Notes: a model not told the origin generated them from the letters alone. 64,000 bases of DNA from Alphaproteobacteria bacterium (GCA_044432975.1 JAWXUC010000001.1:212604-276603), one strand, 5' to 3'. Shown: positions 1 to 10,541, counted from the stretch's first letter. Program-made: numbers and translations.

Positions 1-263
1 TCAACATATTCTCCAAACCTCATAGACTCTACACTATCTAAAGACACTTCAACATTATATTGTGTAAAGTTTCTCAAAGATGTTGCCATAGACCTAATAA
101 GCCTGTCAAAAACAATATCAAGCATAGGAAGTCGCTCATAAGAAACCAAAGAAGAGTCAAGTATTGCCATAACCCCTCCATTATTTTCTTCGCCATCTCC
201 GCTATAACCAAACACCTTATCTATAGCACCTTGCGTTAAATTTGCATCCAAATCTTCAGACAT
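1..263 (-). CDS. fliM: Flagellar motor switch protein FliM, N-terminal fragment (the gene continues past the window start)
   Basis: The reverse-strand translation from the ATG at 263-261 reads MSEDLDANLTQGAIDKVFGYSG...ERLPMLDIVFDRLIRSMATSLRNFTQYNVEVSLDSVESMRFGEYV. This matches the conserved FliM N-terminal region (ERLP.LE.I..RF.R..R.SL) and runs off the window. Confidence 0.6.
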   Translation of the reverse strand, partial: MSEDLDANLTQGAIDKVFGYSGDGEENNGGVMAILDSSLVSYERLPMLDIVFDRLIRSMATSLRNFTQYNVEVSLDSVESMRFGEYV

Positions 264-265
264 CT

Positions 266-814
266 TTATTCCTCTATTTCTTCTACCAAATCTTTTTCAA
301 GATTAAAACTAACAAAAGATATGTTTATAATTTCTATTGGAGCCAAAACTAAATTAGCTCTATACAAAAGTTCTTCCTTCAACCAAAAAATCCCCTTTGC
401 AGTATCAACTTCTGAAGGCTTTAATGCCATTGTTGTTAAAACAATCACATCTAACAGCTTAGGCAAAAGAACCTCAAAACCTTTAATTTGTGATGCATCC
501 TTAAACTCTAATGCAATTTGCAAACGCAAAATAAAATTATCATCAGATGAAGAATCTTTTAAAATCGCCTTCACCTCTGGCAAAGTATAAATAACAACAC
601 CAGCTTTATCATTGCCATCTGTACTTTCAAAAATCTTATAAGAAAGACTATCATTTGTTTTCTTAGAAAAAACACTATAAAGAGCAACACCAACAGCTGC
701 TGCAAGAAGAAGTAATACAAAAACAACTATAAGTTTTTTTTTCACAGAAGATTTCGCATCCGTAATTTTCTCATCTTCTACATCAACATCTGCAATATTT
801 TCATCTAAAACCAT
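266..814 (-). CDS. fliL: FliL-like flagellar basal-body-associated protein
   Basis: 182 aa with a short N-terminus, a KKK stretch, one TM helix and a periplasmic domain, all typical of FliL. It lies immediately upstream of fliM on the same strand. Confidence 0.5.
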   Translation of the reverse strand: MVLDENIADVDVEDEKITDAKSSVKKKLIVVFVLLLLAAAVGVALYSVFSKKTNDSLSYKIFESTDGNDKAGVVIYTLPEVKAILKDSSSDDNFILRLQIALEFKDASQIKGFEVLLPKLLDVIVLTTMALKPSEVDTAKGIFWLKEELLYRANLVLAPIEIINISFVSFNLEKDLVEEIEE

Positions 815-931
815 AATACACTCCCCTATTTATTATATATTAAAATAAATAAATAAAGAAATAAACCTAAAATATATGGTTGTGTGTATAAAATTCAATG
901 AAAAATTTTCAACTTAAACCATATATCACCC

Positions 932-2251
932 TTAAGGAAGAAGTGGAGACCATGCAGGATCTGACGCCTCAGAAGGAGTTAAAACCAAACGCTCATTATA
1001 TCCTGTTAAATCAATAGAATACAATTTAACAGCACCAGATTTTCTTTTGCTTCCTCTTTCTTGCCTAAAGAAAATTAAAACACGACCATTTGGCGACCAC
1101 GTTGGACCCTCAACCAAAAAACCACTTGCAAGCAAACGTTCACCACTACCATCAGGATACATAACCCCAATATAAAATTGTCCGCCACTCATTTTTGTAA
1201 ATGCAATATAATCACCCCTAGGAGACCAAACAGGAGTTGCATAACGACCACTACCAAAAGAAATCCTCTTAACATCAGAACCATCAGCATTCATAATATA
1301 CAACTGCTGATCACCACCTCTGTCAGAGTTAAAAACAATCTGTTTTCCATCAGGAGAATAACTAGGAGATGTATCAATACTACTGTTCTTAGTTAATTGT
1401 TTTATAGACTTATCTTTCAACATCATTTCATAAATATCAGACTTTCCGTTTGAAGCATAACTCAACAAAACACTAGAAGAATCTGGAGAAAATCTTGGAG
1501 CAAAAGTCATGCCAGGAAAGTTTCCTAAAAGAGTTTGCTCACCAGTTTGCAAATCAAGAGTATAAACCCTAGGATTTCCACCAATATAAGACATATAAGT
1601 AATAAGTTGCATATTAGGGGAAAATCTAGGAGTTAAAACCAAGTTAGCTCCATCTGTTAAATATTTATGATTTTCACCATCTTGATCCATAATTGCAAGA
1701 CGTTTTACTTTTTTTGTTGCAGAACCACTCTCTGAAATATATACGATTCTAGTGTCAAAATAACCTTTTTCACCAGTCAATCTTTCATAAATACTATCAG
1801 CAATAACATGGGCGATTCTACGCCAGTTATCTGTTGTTGTGCTAAAAGCTTGCCCTTTTAATTGATATGCGCCAAACACATCCCACAACCTCATTTCCAC
1901 CTTAAGCTCTGTTTCAGAAACCCTAAACAACTCCATTTGCACCAAAGCTTGAGCATTAATAGCTTTCCAATCATTAAAAATAGGCTCTTGATTAACAGAT
2001 GAAATGTCTTCAATATAGCTTCTATCTGGTATAACCTCAAAAAGTCCTGAGCGCTCTAAATCTGCAATAACAACTTTTCTAATTTTTTCAGCATATTGAG
2101 AATTCCAAAAACCATCCGCAACAATTTCTGGCATAGCAATAGGCATTGGCTCACGCATTGCACCACTAACATCAATTGTTAACTCAGCTTTTACACCTGC
2201 TGACAAAAAAAACGTTAAACAAAAAAATAAAATAGTTATTATTTTTCTCAT
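932..2251 (-). CDS. tolB: Tol-Pal system beta-propeller protein TolB
   Basis: 439 aa with a signal peptide, a TolB N-terminal domain and repeated SPDG/DIY beta-propeller blades ([36 protein letters not shown]). Confidence 0.9.
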   Translation of the reverse strand: MRKIITILFFCLTFFLSAGVKAELTIDVSGAMREPMPIAMPEIVADGFWNSQYAEKIRKVVIADLERSGLFEVIPDRSYIEDISSVNQEPIFNDWKAINAQALVQMELFRVSETELKVEMRLWDVFGAYQLKGQAFSTTTDNWRRIAHVIADSIYERLTGEKGYFDTRIVYISESGSATKKVKRLAIMDQDGENHKYLTDGANLVLTPRFSPNMQLITYMSYIGGNPRVYTLDLQTGEQTLLGNFPGMTFAPRFSPDSSSVLLSYASNGKSDIYEMMLKDKSIKQLTKNSSIDTSPSYSPDGKQIVFNSDRGGDQQLYIMNADGSDVKRISFGSGRYATPVWSPRGDYIAFTKMSGGQFYIGVMYPDGSGERLLASGFLVEGPTWSPNGRVLIFFRQERGSKRKSGAVKLYSIDLTGYNERLVLTPSEASDPAWSPLLP

Positions 2252-2325
2252 AAAAAAGAACCTCTATAAAAAACATTTACATTAAAATTTTTATACATTA
2301 AACTCAACGCATAAGAGAGAGTATA

Positions 2326-2790
2326 ATGGATAATAATGAATTTATAGTAAATTTAAAAAAATACAAGTCAATTTTATGTTTTGATTATGGAAGCAAACGT
2401 TTAGGTGTTGCTGTTTCTGACTTATTATTAATAAGTGCCAATAATTTTAAGACAATACAAAGAACAAGCATAAAAAAAGACATAGAAGAAATAAAAAAAA
2501 TAATTAAAGAAAAAGAAGTCGGAGGAATCTTATACGGCCTACCTCTTCAAATGGACGGAGCAGAAGGACAAACCGCTCAAGAAGTAAAAGAATTTGCAAA
2601 CAAAATATCAGAACACATAAACCTTCCATACACTTTTTGGGACGAAAGATTATCATCTCGTGCTATGGATAATTTTTTAATAAAAGAAATAGACATGAAC
2701 CGCAAAAGAAGAAAAGAAATACTAGATTCCTCTAGTGCAACTTTTGTTCTACAAGGATTCTTAGATTATTTACACAATGTTTTTTCATAA
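2326..2790 (+). CDS. ruvX: Holliday-junction resolvase-like protein RuvX/YqgF
   Basis: 154 aa carrying the N-terminal motif LCFDYGSKRLGVAVSD (compare LGLDLGTKTLGVAVSD). It has the RNase H fold length and the acidic C-terminal half typical of YqgF. Confidence 0.75.
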   Translation: MDNNEFIVNLKKYKSILCFDYGSKRLGVAVSDLLLISANNFKTIQRTSIKKDIEEIKKIIKEKEVGGILYGLPLQMDGAEGQTAQEVKEFANKISEHINLPYTFWDERLSSRAMDNFLIKEIDMNRKRRKEILDSSSATFVLQGFLDYLHNVFS

Positions 2791-3419
2791 TCATAATTTG
2801 ATTGAACATCCAACTTCATTTGTTCATCTGATAAAATTTCATTAAAACGTTTAACAAGTGGCATTATCTCATCATAATATTGCTGATTAAGATTTTCTGT
2901 TGCCTTATTAATATCATTTATATCCGTAACATTAATAGGCTTAACCAAAGAAGTAATATCATTCAAAGCAACCTTAAAATGAGGCAAAAAATATTCTAAA
3001 GCTTTCTTGTTTATCTGCATATGCGCTTGCTCGTGCCTAAGAGTTACAAAAAACCGACAAGATTCTCTTTCTAAGTGGTTCGCAACATATATCGTTGGTT
3101 TTTGATAACCAATAAAAACATTAACTTTTTTAGGAATAACACAAGCATCATTAGGATCTGTATATTGTGTTGAAGAAACAAGACTTATACTTAACTCCAA
3201 AGAAGCTACCGCTAATCCACCTGCCACAAAGCCCTCATGAATACCACTTTGAGTAGCTAAATTAGACAGATATTCTTTACTTCGAGTTAGATCATAATTA
3301 AGATCACCATAAGAACTATAAAAAATAATTTCAGCTTCATTTTTCACTCCATCACATGCATTAGCATGTAATACTGACGGAAAAATAAACAACATTAATA
3401 TAAAATAAACTTTTTTCAT
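2766..3419 (-). CDS. Secreted protein with an HExxH motif (putative Zn-dependent peptidase-like, DUF922-like)
   Basis: It has a signal peptide, the motif LRHEQAHMQI (HExxH) and a length near 200 aa. Confidence 0.4.
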   Translation of the reverse strand: MKKVYFILMLFIFPSVLHANACDGVKNEAEIIFYSSYGDLNYDLTRSKEYLSNLATQSGIHEGFVAGGLAVASLELSISLVSSTQYTDPNDACVIPKKVNVFIGYQKPTIYVANHLERESCRFFVTLRHEQAHMQINKKALEYFLPHFKVALNDITSLVKPINVTDINDINKATENLNQQYYDEIMPLVKRFNEILSDEQMKLDVQSNYDYEKTLCK

Positions 3420-3458
3420 AATATAATATTATAAAATAAAAATATTAAGGTAGAATTA

Positions 3459-3815
3459 ATGCTAAAAGTTTTTTTAATATTATTTTTTATAATCAACACA
3501 AATATTAGTTATGGATATCAAAGAAAAGAAATATCCCCAAACTTTTTTGTCCCTACAGAAGTAACACAACCCAATATACCTACAGCAAAAAAACGCCCAG
3601 AAGCAGAACCTAAAAAAATAGAAAGTCAAACAATTGCAAAAGAAGTAAAAAACAAACAACAATCCTTTAATGAACATCCTGAATACACCCAAATTTATGA
3701 TGAATACAGAAAAGATATTAATGAAATTTCAAAAACAAAAAAATTTCCCGACGTCTCTCAAATAAAAAAAGATTTCAAAGGAATGGATTCCAACGACTAT
3801 TTCTTAGTTAAATAA
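3459..3815 (+). CDS. Small secreted lysine-rich hypothetical protein
   Basis: It has a signal peptide, low complexity and a consistent ORF. No motif was recognised. Confidence 0.3.
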   Translation: MLKVFLILFFIINTNISYGYQRKEISPNFFVPTEVTQPNIPTAKKRPEAEPKKIESQTIAKEVKNKQQSFNEHPEYTQIYDEYRKDINEISKTKKFPDVSQIKKDFKGMDSNDYFLVK

Positions 3816-3827
3816 AAAAAGAGCGAC

Positions 3828-3849
3828 AAAAGTCGCTCTTAAAAACAAA
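3828..3849 (-). terminator. Intrinsic terminator of the gatCAB operon
   Basis: The hairpin AAGAGCGAC-AAAA-GTCGCTCTT is followed by a T-run on the minus strand, immediately after the gatB stop. Confidence 0.5.
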
Positions 3850-3861
3850 ACTTTTTTATAA

Positions 3862-5283
3862 TCAAGAAAGTTTTTTAACAATCAAATCACTAACAATTGC
3901 AGGATTCGCCTTCCCTTTAGAAAACTTTAATGTTTGACCAACAAACCAACCTAACAAATTGTTACGTCCAGATTTATACGCATTAACATTGTCTGGATTA
4001 TTAGCAATTAATTCATCAATAAAAGCTTCAATTTCACTTAAGTTAGTTTCTTGTTTCAAGCCTTTTTCTTCAACAATTACAGAAGGATTTTGAGATGTCT
4101 CCCACATAATTTCAAAAACTTCTTTAGCAATTTTAGAGTTCAAAACCCCATCATTAATCAGGTTTACAAGCTCACCTATTTGTTTAGGAGAAACAGGAGA
4201 TTGACTTAATAACAAACCATCTTTTTTTAAGAAACCAAAAAAGTCTCCCATAATCCAGTTTGCAACTTTTTTAGCATCAGAACCCACAATAGCGTCTTCA
4301 AAAAACTTTGCGGTTTCTTTATCATCACACAACACCATTGCGTCATATTCTGTTAAACCCAAACCAACAAACCTAGCTTTTTTAGCCTCTGGCAATTCTG
4401 GCATATTATTTTTAATGCCATCAACATATTCTTGAGTTAACACCAAAGGTGGTAAATCTGGCTCAGGAAAATATCTATAATCATGAGCAAATTCTTTAGA
4501 ACGCAATGCTTTTGTAACTTGAGTTTGAGGATCAAAAGAACGTGTTTCTTGCGCCACTGTTCCGCCATTTTCATAAATTTCTGCCTGACGTTTTGCTTCT
4601 GCTTCAATTGCTTGCATCACAAATTTAACAGAGTTCATATTCTTCATCTCGCAACGTGTACGCAATTCTGTTGAGCCAATCGGACGGATTGAAACGTTAA
4701 CATCACAACGCATAGAACCCTCGTCCATATTACCATCACAAGTTTCAATATAGCGGAGCATAGAACGCAAACGTCTAATAAATTCTCCCACTTCTTCAGG
4801 AGTAGAAAAATCTGGGTGAGTAACAATCTCCATCAAACCAACACCAGCACGATTCAAGTCAATATAACTTTTATCTGGACTAATATCATGAATAGATTTT
4901 CCAGCATCTTGCTCGATGTGCAAGCGCTCGATTCTAATTTTTTTAGTCCCAATATCAAGACTTCCCTCACCTACGATAGGAAACTTAAATTGAGAAATTT
5001 GATACCCTTGAGGAAGATCCGCATAAAAATAATTCTTACGAGCAAATTCAGAATAAAGATTAATTTTTGCATTTAACCCTAAACCAGTTTTAACCGCTTG
5101 TTCAACACATTTTGCATTTAATGTTGGCAACATTCCTGGCATTCCCGCATCAATAAAAGATACATGAGAGTTTGCCTCAGCACCATATTGAGTAGAAGAA
5201 GGAGAAAAGATTTTTGATTCTGAAATTATTTGACAGTGAACTTCAATACCACAAACAATTTCCCATTTATCATTTATAATCAT
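3862..5283 (-). CDS. gatB: Asp-tRNA(Asn)/Glu-tRNA(Gln) amidotransferase subunit B
   Basis: 473 aa with GatB/GatE signatures ([22 protein letters not shown]) and a C-terminal GatB/YqeY domain. It sits in the gatC-gatA-gatB order. Confidence 0.95.
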   Translation of the reverse strand: MIINDKWEIVCGIEVHCQIISESKIFSPSSTQYGAEANSHVSFIDAGMPGMLPTLNAKCVEQAVKTGLGLNAKINLYSEFARKNYFYADLPQGYQISQFKFPIVGEGSLDIGTKKIRIERLHIEQDAGKSIHDISPDKSYIDLNRAGVGLMEIVTHPDFSTPEEVGEFIRRLRSMLRYIETCDGNMDEGSMRCDVNVSIRPIGSTELRTRCEMKNMNSVKFVMQAIEAEAKRQAEIYENGGTVAQETRSFDPQTQVTKALRSKEFAHDYRYFPEPDLPPLVLTQEYVDGIKNNMPELPEAKKARFVGLGLTEYDAMVLCDDKETAKFFEDAIVGSDAKKVANWIMGDFFGFLKKDGLLLSQSPVSPKQIGELVNLINDGVLNSKIAKEVFEIMWETSQNPSVIVEEKGLKQETNLSEIEAFIDELIANNPDNVNAYKSGRNNLLGWFVGQTLKFSKGKANPAIVSDLIVKKLS

Positions 5284-6704
5284 TTCATATCTCCTTCCAA
5301 ATGAGAGGCTAATTTATATAAAGTTACCTCATCAAAAGACTTACCAATAAGTTGCAAACCAAGTGGCATATTTTTAGAATCAAATCCTGCAGGAACAGAA
5401 ATCGCAGGAATTCCCGCCAAGTTTACAGAAACCGTATAAATATCATTCAACCACATATTAACAGGATTCTCTAACATTGATTTATCACCAATTTTGAACG
5501 CAGAAGTTGGCGCTGTTGGGCATAAAATCGCATCAACATTTTCAAATGCTCTATCAAAATCTTGTTTAATAAGTTGACGTACTTTTTGTGCTTTCAAATA
5601 ATAAGCATCATAAAAACCAGAAGACAAAACATAAGTCCCAATCATAATTCTTCTTTTAACTTCAGCCCCAAAACCACTTGAACGAGAAGCAATATACATA
5701 TCATCTAAATCCTCTGCCTCAACACGCTTACCATAGCGCAAACCATCAAAACGAGCCAAATTAGAAGAAGCTTCAGCAGGCGCTAAAATATAATAAGTCG
5801 CCAACGCATATTTTGTGTGAGGCAAAGAAATTTCTTTAATTTCAGCCCCTCTAGACTTCAAAACATCAATTCCTTTTTCCCAAGCTTTAACAACATCGGC
5901 ATCCATTCCGTCTGCTTTATATTCTTTGGGAATACCGATTCTCAAATCTTTAACATCTTGATTCAAAAACTGTGTAAAATCAGGAACATCTAATTTAATA
6001 GAAGTTGCATCTTTTTTATCATGCCCAGCCATAACATTAAACAAAATAGCATTATCTTCAACTGTCTTTGTCATTGGCCCAGCCTGATCTAAAGATGAAG
6101 CAAACGCCACGATTCCATAACGAGAACATCTACCATAAGTTGGCTTCATTCCCACAATTCCGCAATAAGCAGCTGGCTGACGAATTGACCCACCAGTATC
6201 TGTTCCCAATGCCGCAACACACAAATCTCCACCAACTGCAGCAGCAGACCCACCTGAAGAACCACCAGCAACACAGTCTAAATTATGTGGGTTTTTAACA
6301 GGTCCAAAAATAGATTTTTCATTAGAACCGCCCATAGCAAACTCATCCATATTAAGTTTACCTAAACAAACCCCGCCATTATCCCAAAGTTTTTGAGTAA
6401 TTGTAGATTCATATTGAGGAACAAAGTTTGATAAAATATCAGAACAAACTGTAGTTCTAATGCCTTTGGTGCAAAAAATATCTTTAATACCCAAAGGTAC
6501 ACCTTCTAAAGCTTTTTGTGTTCCATTTGCATAATTATCATCTGCAGTTTTTGCCTGAGCTAAAGCGTGCTCTGGAGTTGTTAAAACATAAGCATTAATA
6601 TCTTTATTATCATCAATTTTTTTAATATATGCTGTTGTTAATTCTGTTGCTGAAACCTCTTTATTTTTAAGAGCTTTCAAAGTTTTTGCAATTGTAAATT
6701 CCAT
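5280..6704 (-). CDS. gatA: Glutamyl-tRNA(Gln) amidotransferase subunit A (amidase family)
   Basis: 474 aa carrying the amidase signature [13 protein letters not shown] and the catalytic S/K-rich core. It overlaps gatB by 4 nt. Confidence 0.95.
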   Translation of the reverse strand: MEFTIAKTLKALKNKEVSATELTTAYIKKIDDNKDINAYVLTTPEHALAQAKTADDNYANGTQKALEGVPLGIKDIFCTKGIRTTVCSDILSNFVPQYESTITQKLWDNGGVCLGKLNMDEFAMGGSNEKSIFGPVKNPHNLDCVAGGSSGGSAAAVGGDLCVAALGTDTGGSIRQPAAYCGIVGMKPTYGRCSRYGIVAFASSLDQAGPMTKTVEDNAILFNVMAGHDKKDATSIKLDVPDFTQFLNQDVKDLRIGIPKEYKADGMDADVVKAWEKGIDVLKSRGAEIKEISLPHTKYALATYYILAPAEASSNLARFDGLRYGKRVEAEDLDDMYIASRSSGFGAEVKRRIMIGTYVLSSGFYDAYYLKAQKVRQLIKQDFDRAFENVDAILCPTAPTSAFKIGDKSMLENPVNMWLNDIYTVSVNLAGIPAISVPAGFDSKNMPLGLQLIGKSFDEVTLYKLASHLEGDMK

Positions 6705-6994
6705 TATTCCACCACCTTTGGCACTACAAAATATCCAAACTCTTTATTAGGAGCATTTTCCAAAACTTCTTTCGCTTGATTGCCTTCTAAAACTTCATCT
6801 AAGCGAAGCTCTATAGAAGTATTATTAACACAAGTTAAAGGCTCAACATTAGAGGTGTCAATCTCATCAATTTCTGCCACCCAATTAAGAATTTTATTAA
6901 ATTCTTCAGCAAATTCCGTTACCTTATCATCATCAAATTTCAAGCGAGATAAAAAAGCAACTTTTTTAACATCATCATTTGTAATCATTGTCAT
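6704..6994 (-). CDS. gatC: Glutamyl-tRNA(Gln) amidotransferase subunit C
   Basis: A 96-aa acidic protein upstream of and overlapping gatA, with a GatC-like sequence ([30 protein letters not shown]). Confidence 0.85.
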   Translation of the reverse strand: MTMITNDDVKKVAFLSRLKFDDDKVTEFAEEFNKILNWVAEIDEIDTSNVEPLTCVNNTSIELRLDEVLEGNQAKEVLENAPNKEFGYFVVPKVVE

Positions 6995-7104
6995 ATATCC
7001 TTTTGTTGCTCCAATTATATATCAATAAAAAAGTGTTGCAAGAAAAATCTATAAAAAATTCACCTTTTCTCATTGACACAAAACTCAATAAAAACTATAC
7101 TTTT

Positions 7105-7138
7105 CTTATTCCTATTTTCCTAGGAAAACAGGAATAAG
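7105..7138. repeat. Palindromic intergenic element, family 1, copy 1 (one mismatch)
   Basis: The sequence CTTATTCCTATTTTCCTAGGAAAACAGGAATAAG is a near-perfect 34-bp palindrome. A second, perfect copy lies at 8231-8264. Confidence 0.6.
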
Positions 7139-7198
7139 AAAATAAAAAAATTAAACAATAAAAACAGATAATTAAATAACATAAAAAGGAACTATAAA

Positions 7199-7474
7199 AT
7201 GAATAATATTTTAATAAATCAAATTAAAGCATTGTCAAACAAACATAGGATTCATATTTTAAATATAATTCATCAAAACAATGGCAATTTATGTTATGCA
7301 AATATTTATGAAGAAATAAAAATGCCTAGTCAAACATTTAACTACCATATAAAAAAACTAGAGAATGCTAAGATAATTTCATCTAAAAGAAAAAAACAAA
7401 AACAAATTCTAGCAATAAATTACCCTATATTAAATTCTCTAAAAACAAACTTCAACAAGCTTTTAGATTTTTAA
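7199..7474 (+). CDS. Small winged-helix (ArsR-like) transcriptional regulator
   Basis: The 91-aa sequence LCYANIYEEIKMPSQTFNYHIKKLENAKII follows the ArsR/SmtB HTH pattern. Confidence 0.4.
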   Translation: MNNILINQIKALSNKHRIHILNIIHQNNGNLCYANIYEEIKMPSQTFNYHIKKLENAKIISSKRKKQKQILAINYPILNSLKTNFNKLLDF

Positions 7475-7544
7475 CTTGACTTCTAAGGCATAAAGTTTAA
7501 TCTCAAACCATAGCTTAATGCTATGAATTATTATAAAAAATTCA

Positions 7545-7790
7545 TGTTGGGATCGCTAAACCGAACATAAATCACATAAAAATGCCGTAACGGAATAAGA
7601 TATTTTTCGTCAGTTCTATTTAAAGAACGAATGTCTCGACTCATATATATATGGTCGGGGTGCTTCCGACTATACAATAAGTATATGTCGGAGGTAACGA
7701 TGATATATACTAAAAGTCGAAGTCTCATTTTTACGGTGATGATTTAGCGACATTCCCGACCACCTTTTATAAGGTGGTTTAATTTTAAAC
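7545..7790 (+). ncRNA. Candidate structured non-coding RNA of unknown family, with an intrinsic terminator
   Basis: This ~330-bp intergenic segment has clearly higher GC than its surroundings. Bases 7545-7585 (GGGATCGCTAAACCGAAC...ATAAAAATG) pair over a long range with 7725-7760 (CATTTTTACGGTGATGATTTAGCGACATTCCC). There are internal hairpins such as CTTCCGACTATA/TATATGTCGGAGG. The 3' hairpin CCACCTTTTATAAGGTGG plus a T-run ends the segment on the plus strand. Confidence 0.35.
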
Positions 7791-7807
7791 TAAAAAAGGA
7801 AATCGCT

Positions 7808-8212
7808 ATGAAAAAACTAATAACAATCTTATTATTTGGCGCACTTACAGGCTGTGCATCAATTATAAGAGACAACAATCAAACTGTTCAAATAAAATCT
7901 AATGTAGATAAAGTTGATATTGAAATCAAAGATAAAAACGGCTTTGTTATTTTCAATGGTCAAACTCCAGCTATTGTTAATTTAAAGTCTTCTAAAGGAG
8001 GATATTTCAATCCAGAAGAATATACAATAAAAGCTTCAAAAGATGGCTACATTAATCAAACAGCTATCATAGACAGCCATGTTAGCAATTGGTACATCTT
8101 CGGCAACTTAGGTTTTGGTGGTTTAATTGGCTACTTAATTGTCGACCCAATTACTGGTGATATGTATTATTTAGATGAAGAAAAATTCTTAAACATGACA
8201 CCAATAAAATAA
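7808..8212 (+). CDS. Lipoprotein (hypothetical)
   Basis: It has a lipobox LTGCAS after the signal peptide and is 134 aa long. Confidence 0.6.
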   Translation: MKKLITILLFGALTGCASIIRDNNQTVQIKSNVDKVDIEIKDKNGFVIFNGQTPAIVNLKSSKGGYFNPEEYTIKASKDGYINQTAIIDSHVSNWYIFGNLGFGGLIGYLIVDPITGDMYYLDEEKFLNMTPIK

Positions 8213-8230
8213 TTAAAAAACAAACCATTT

Positions 8231-8264
8231 CTTATTCCTATTTTCCTAGGAAAATAGGAATAAG
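8231..8264. repeat. Palindromic intergenic element, family 1, copy 2 (perfect 34-bp palindrome; likely a bidirectional terminator)
   Basis: The sequence CTTATTCCTATTTTCCTAGGAAAATAGGAATAAG lies between the convergent genes 7808-8212 and amiC. Confidence 0.6.
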
Positions 8265-8316
8265 AAAATCAAAAATAATAATGACAAATCATACTGTTAA
8301 TCAGAAAGATAAAAGT

Positions 8317-9414
8317 TTATTTAAAAAAACTATTTATAGATTTAACGGTAGAATCAACCAACTTTTGACGATACCATTTTGTCTTCAATTGTTTTTCTTC
8401 TTGAGCATTTGAAAGATAACCAAGCTCTAATAACACCGCAGGAATATCAGGAGCTTTCAAAACTGCAAACCCTGCAAAACGATGAGAATTACTAACCAAC
8501 AAAACTTTTCTTGCCATTTCATTAACCAAAAAAGTCGCAAACTCAGCAGACTTATTCATACTCTCACGCTGAGCCAAATTAATCAAAATATCACTAACTT
8601 CTTTTGTATGTTCGTTCAAATCAAGACCATAAACCACATCTGACTTATTTTCTTTTTCAGCCAAAGCCTGCGCCTCTTTATCTGATGCTGTTTCAGATAA
8701 AGTATATACAGAAAGTCCTTTAGCTTTTTTATTTCTAGCACTATCCGCGTGTACAGAAATAAATAAATCTGCATGTTTTTCTCTTGCAATATTAACACGT
8801 CCGCGCAAAGTAATATACCTATCTGTTGAACGAGTTAAATAAACCGTATATTTTCCTGTTGCATCCAAAGCCTGTTTTAATTCTTTAACAAATGTTAAAG
8901 TAATATTTTTTTCATAAGTGCCTGAATGACCTATAGCTCCTGGATCTTTTCCACCATGACCTGCATCTAAAACAATTATTTTCTTTTTATGAGAATTCTT
9001 AACCTTTGGAGAATATCCATCCATAGAACTTTGAGAAACATTTTTAGCTTCAACGTCTATAACAAGCCTCCATGGCAAATTACTTTGTGGGCTTAAAACA
9101 AAATGTTTTTTAATAACGACAGGGCTTGTTAAATCAAACGCGATTCTTTTTCCATCTGTAGAAACCCTAGGATTTGTCGCTAATGCATTTTTATCCAAAT
9201 TTGCTAAAATATTTTTCTTAAAAGTTGCATTATATAAATCAACAACCAATCTATCTGGCTGCTTTAATAAAAAGGCTTTGTAGTCAACTTTTCTATCCAT
9301 TTCAAAAACCAAACGCATTGCACCCGTAGACTGTCCAAACCTAAGGGTATGAACCTGAGCATTAGCATAAAAACTAATAAAAACAAAACAAATAAGTAAC
9401 AACAATTTTTTCAT
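8317..9414 (-). CDS. amiC: N-acetylmuramoyl-L-alanine amidase (AMIN domain plus Amidase_3)
   Basis: It has a signal peptide, an N-terminal AMIN-like domain and the Amidase_3 core (IVLDAGHGGKDPGA ... FISVHADS). Confidence 0.85.
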   Translation of the reverse strand: MKKLLLLICFVFISFYANAQVHTLRFGQSTGAMRLVFEMDRKVDYKAFLLKQPDRLVVDLYNATFKKNILANLDKNALATNPRVSTDGKRIAFDLTSPVVIKKHFVLSPQSNLPWRLVIDVEAKNVSQSSMDGYSPKVKNSHKKKIIVLDAGHGGKDPGAIGHSGTYEKNITLTFVKELKQALDATGKYTVYLTRSTDRYITLRGRVNIAREKHADLFISVHADSARNKKAKGLSVYTLSETASDKEAQALAEKENKSDVVYGLDLNEHTKEVSDILINLAQRESMNKSAEFATFLVNEMARKVLLVSNSHRFAGFAVLKAPDIPAVLLELGYLSNAQEEKQLKTKWYRQKLVDSTVKSINSFFK

Positions 9415-9425
9415 AATTTCTATTA

Positions 9426-10541
9426 TTAACCTTTAGATGTAAAATTATTATTAAAATTTTTTCTTTTTAACAAATCTTTTTGCGCTCTTTGAAAAACTGC
9501 AAAAATATTTGCATCAGAACGTCTTCTTTCAACAACAGAAGCAGAGACAGTTAATGCCAAAGGCTCTTTATATCCTTTCAACAAAAAGTCTGTTGTTGCA
9601 ATATTTCGTCTTAAAAATTCAACCTCTTCAAACGCATCATCAAAATCAATGTCTTCAAAAATAATAATAAAATCATCTCTTTTTATATGATAAACTTTCA
9701 CATGTTTTTCCTTAAAAATCCTTGCGATCATAAAAATTAATTTATTAACATTTTCTTGCCCAAATTTTTCTTGCAAATTTTTCATCTCATCAATACAAAT
9801 AAGAGCCAAAGAACATTTTATTATTTTTTCTTGAGAATAATTAAGAAAAGCATATTTATTTTTAACCTGACTTACAGGATTATAAACAACATTAAAATAC
9901 AAATAAAATGCAACACTCAAACAATAAATAATTAAAGCAACTCCAAAAAACATTGAAAAAGCACTAGTATTAAAAGCAAAATAATATCCCAACATCACAC
10001 ATAAAAAAGCAAAAAAGAAACCATAATATAAAACTTTATTCTTCACGCTAGAATATAAAAACAAAGCAAACGCAAAAATCAAACTTGTTATAATAAAATT
10101 ATATGGAATAAAAATATCTCTATCAGACAAATATTCAACAGCACAAATAATTCCTAAAAAAACAAACAAATAAATAAGATTTTTTTTAACCGCCAACCTT
10201 TTCTCTGGCACAAAAAAAGATAACGACAAACTAGTTATTAAAAAAACACCAAAATTATAATACAAAGGAGTTTCTAACAAAAAGTTATTTCTCAAATAAT
10301 TTAATACAAAGTAAGAAACAACCAAAGTCAATAAAAAGAAAACAGGTTTTAAAGCATTAAAAAACAACAACACAAAAAACAATAAAAAACTAACCGCAAT
10401 AAAACTATAATGATAAATAGATTGATAAACAGGTTCTATATTATCTTTAGCAAAAAACGTTAAAGAAGCAAACAAAAATATAATAGCAAAAAGCCCAAGC
10501 TTATAAAAATTAGCAAATACTTTTTCTAAAACATTATTCAT
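9426..10541 (-). CDS. Polytopic membrane protein with a C-terminal degenerate GGDEF-like domain
   Basis: About 7 TM helices are followed by a GGDEF-fold segment in which the active-site motif is replaced (HIKRDDFIIIF instead of R-GGDEF). Confidence 0.5.
   Translation of the reverse strand: MNNVLEKVFANFYKLGLFAIIFLFASLTFFAKDNIEPVYQSIYHYSFIAVSFLLFFVLLFFNALKPVFFLLTLVVSYFVLNYLRNNFLLETPLYYNFGVFLITSLSLSFFVPEKRLAVKKNLIYLFVFLGIICAVEYLSDRDIFIPYNFIITSLIFAFALFLYSSVKNKVLYYGFFFAFLCVMLGYYFAFNTSAFSMFFGVALIIYCLSVAFYLYFNVVYNPVSQVKNKYAFLNYSQEKIIKCSLALICIDEMKNLQEKFGQENVNKLIFMIARIFKEKHVKVYHIKRDDFIIIFEDIDFDDAFEEVEFLRRNIATTDFLLKGYKEPLALTVSASVVERRRSDANIFAVFQRAQKDLLKRKNFNNNFTSKG

Noticed and set aside
1178-1396. Various 60-130 aa ORFs antisense to tolB, gatB, gatA, rpoD, valS, res and others
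   Set aside because: They are fully embedded antisense in strongly supported conserved genes and have low-complexity translations. They are typical AT-rich spurious ORFs.
7531-7728. A minus-strand 65-aa ORF inside the structured intergenic segment
   Set aside because: It has no RBS and an odd composition. The region is better explained by RNA secondary structure and a plus-strand terminator.
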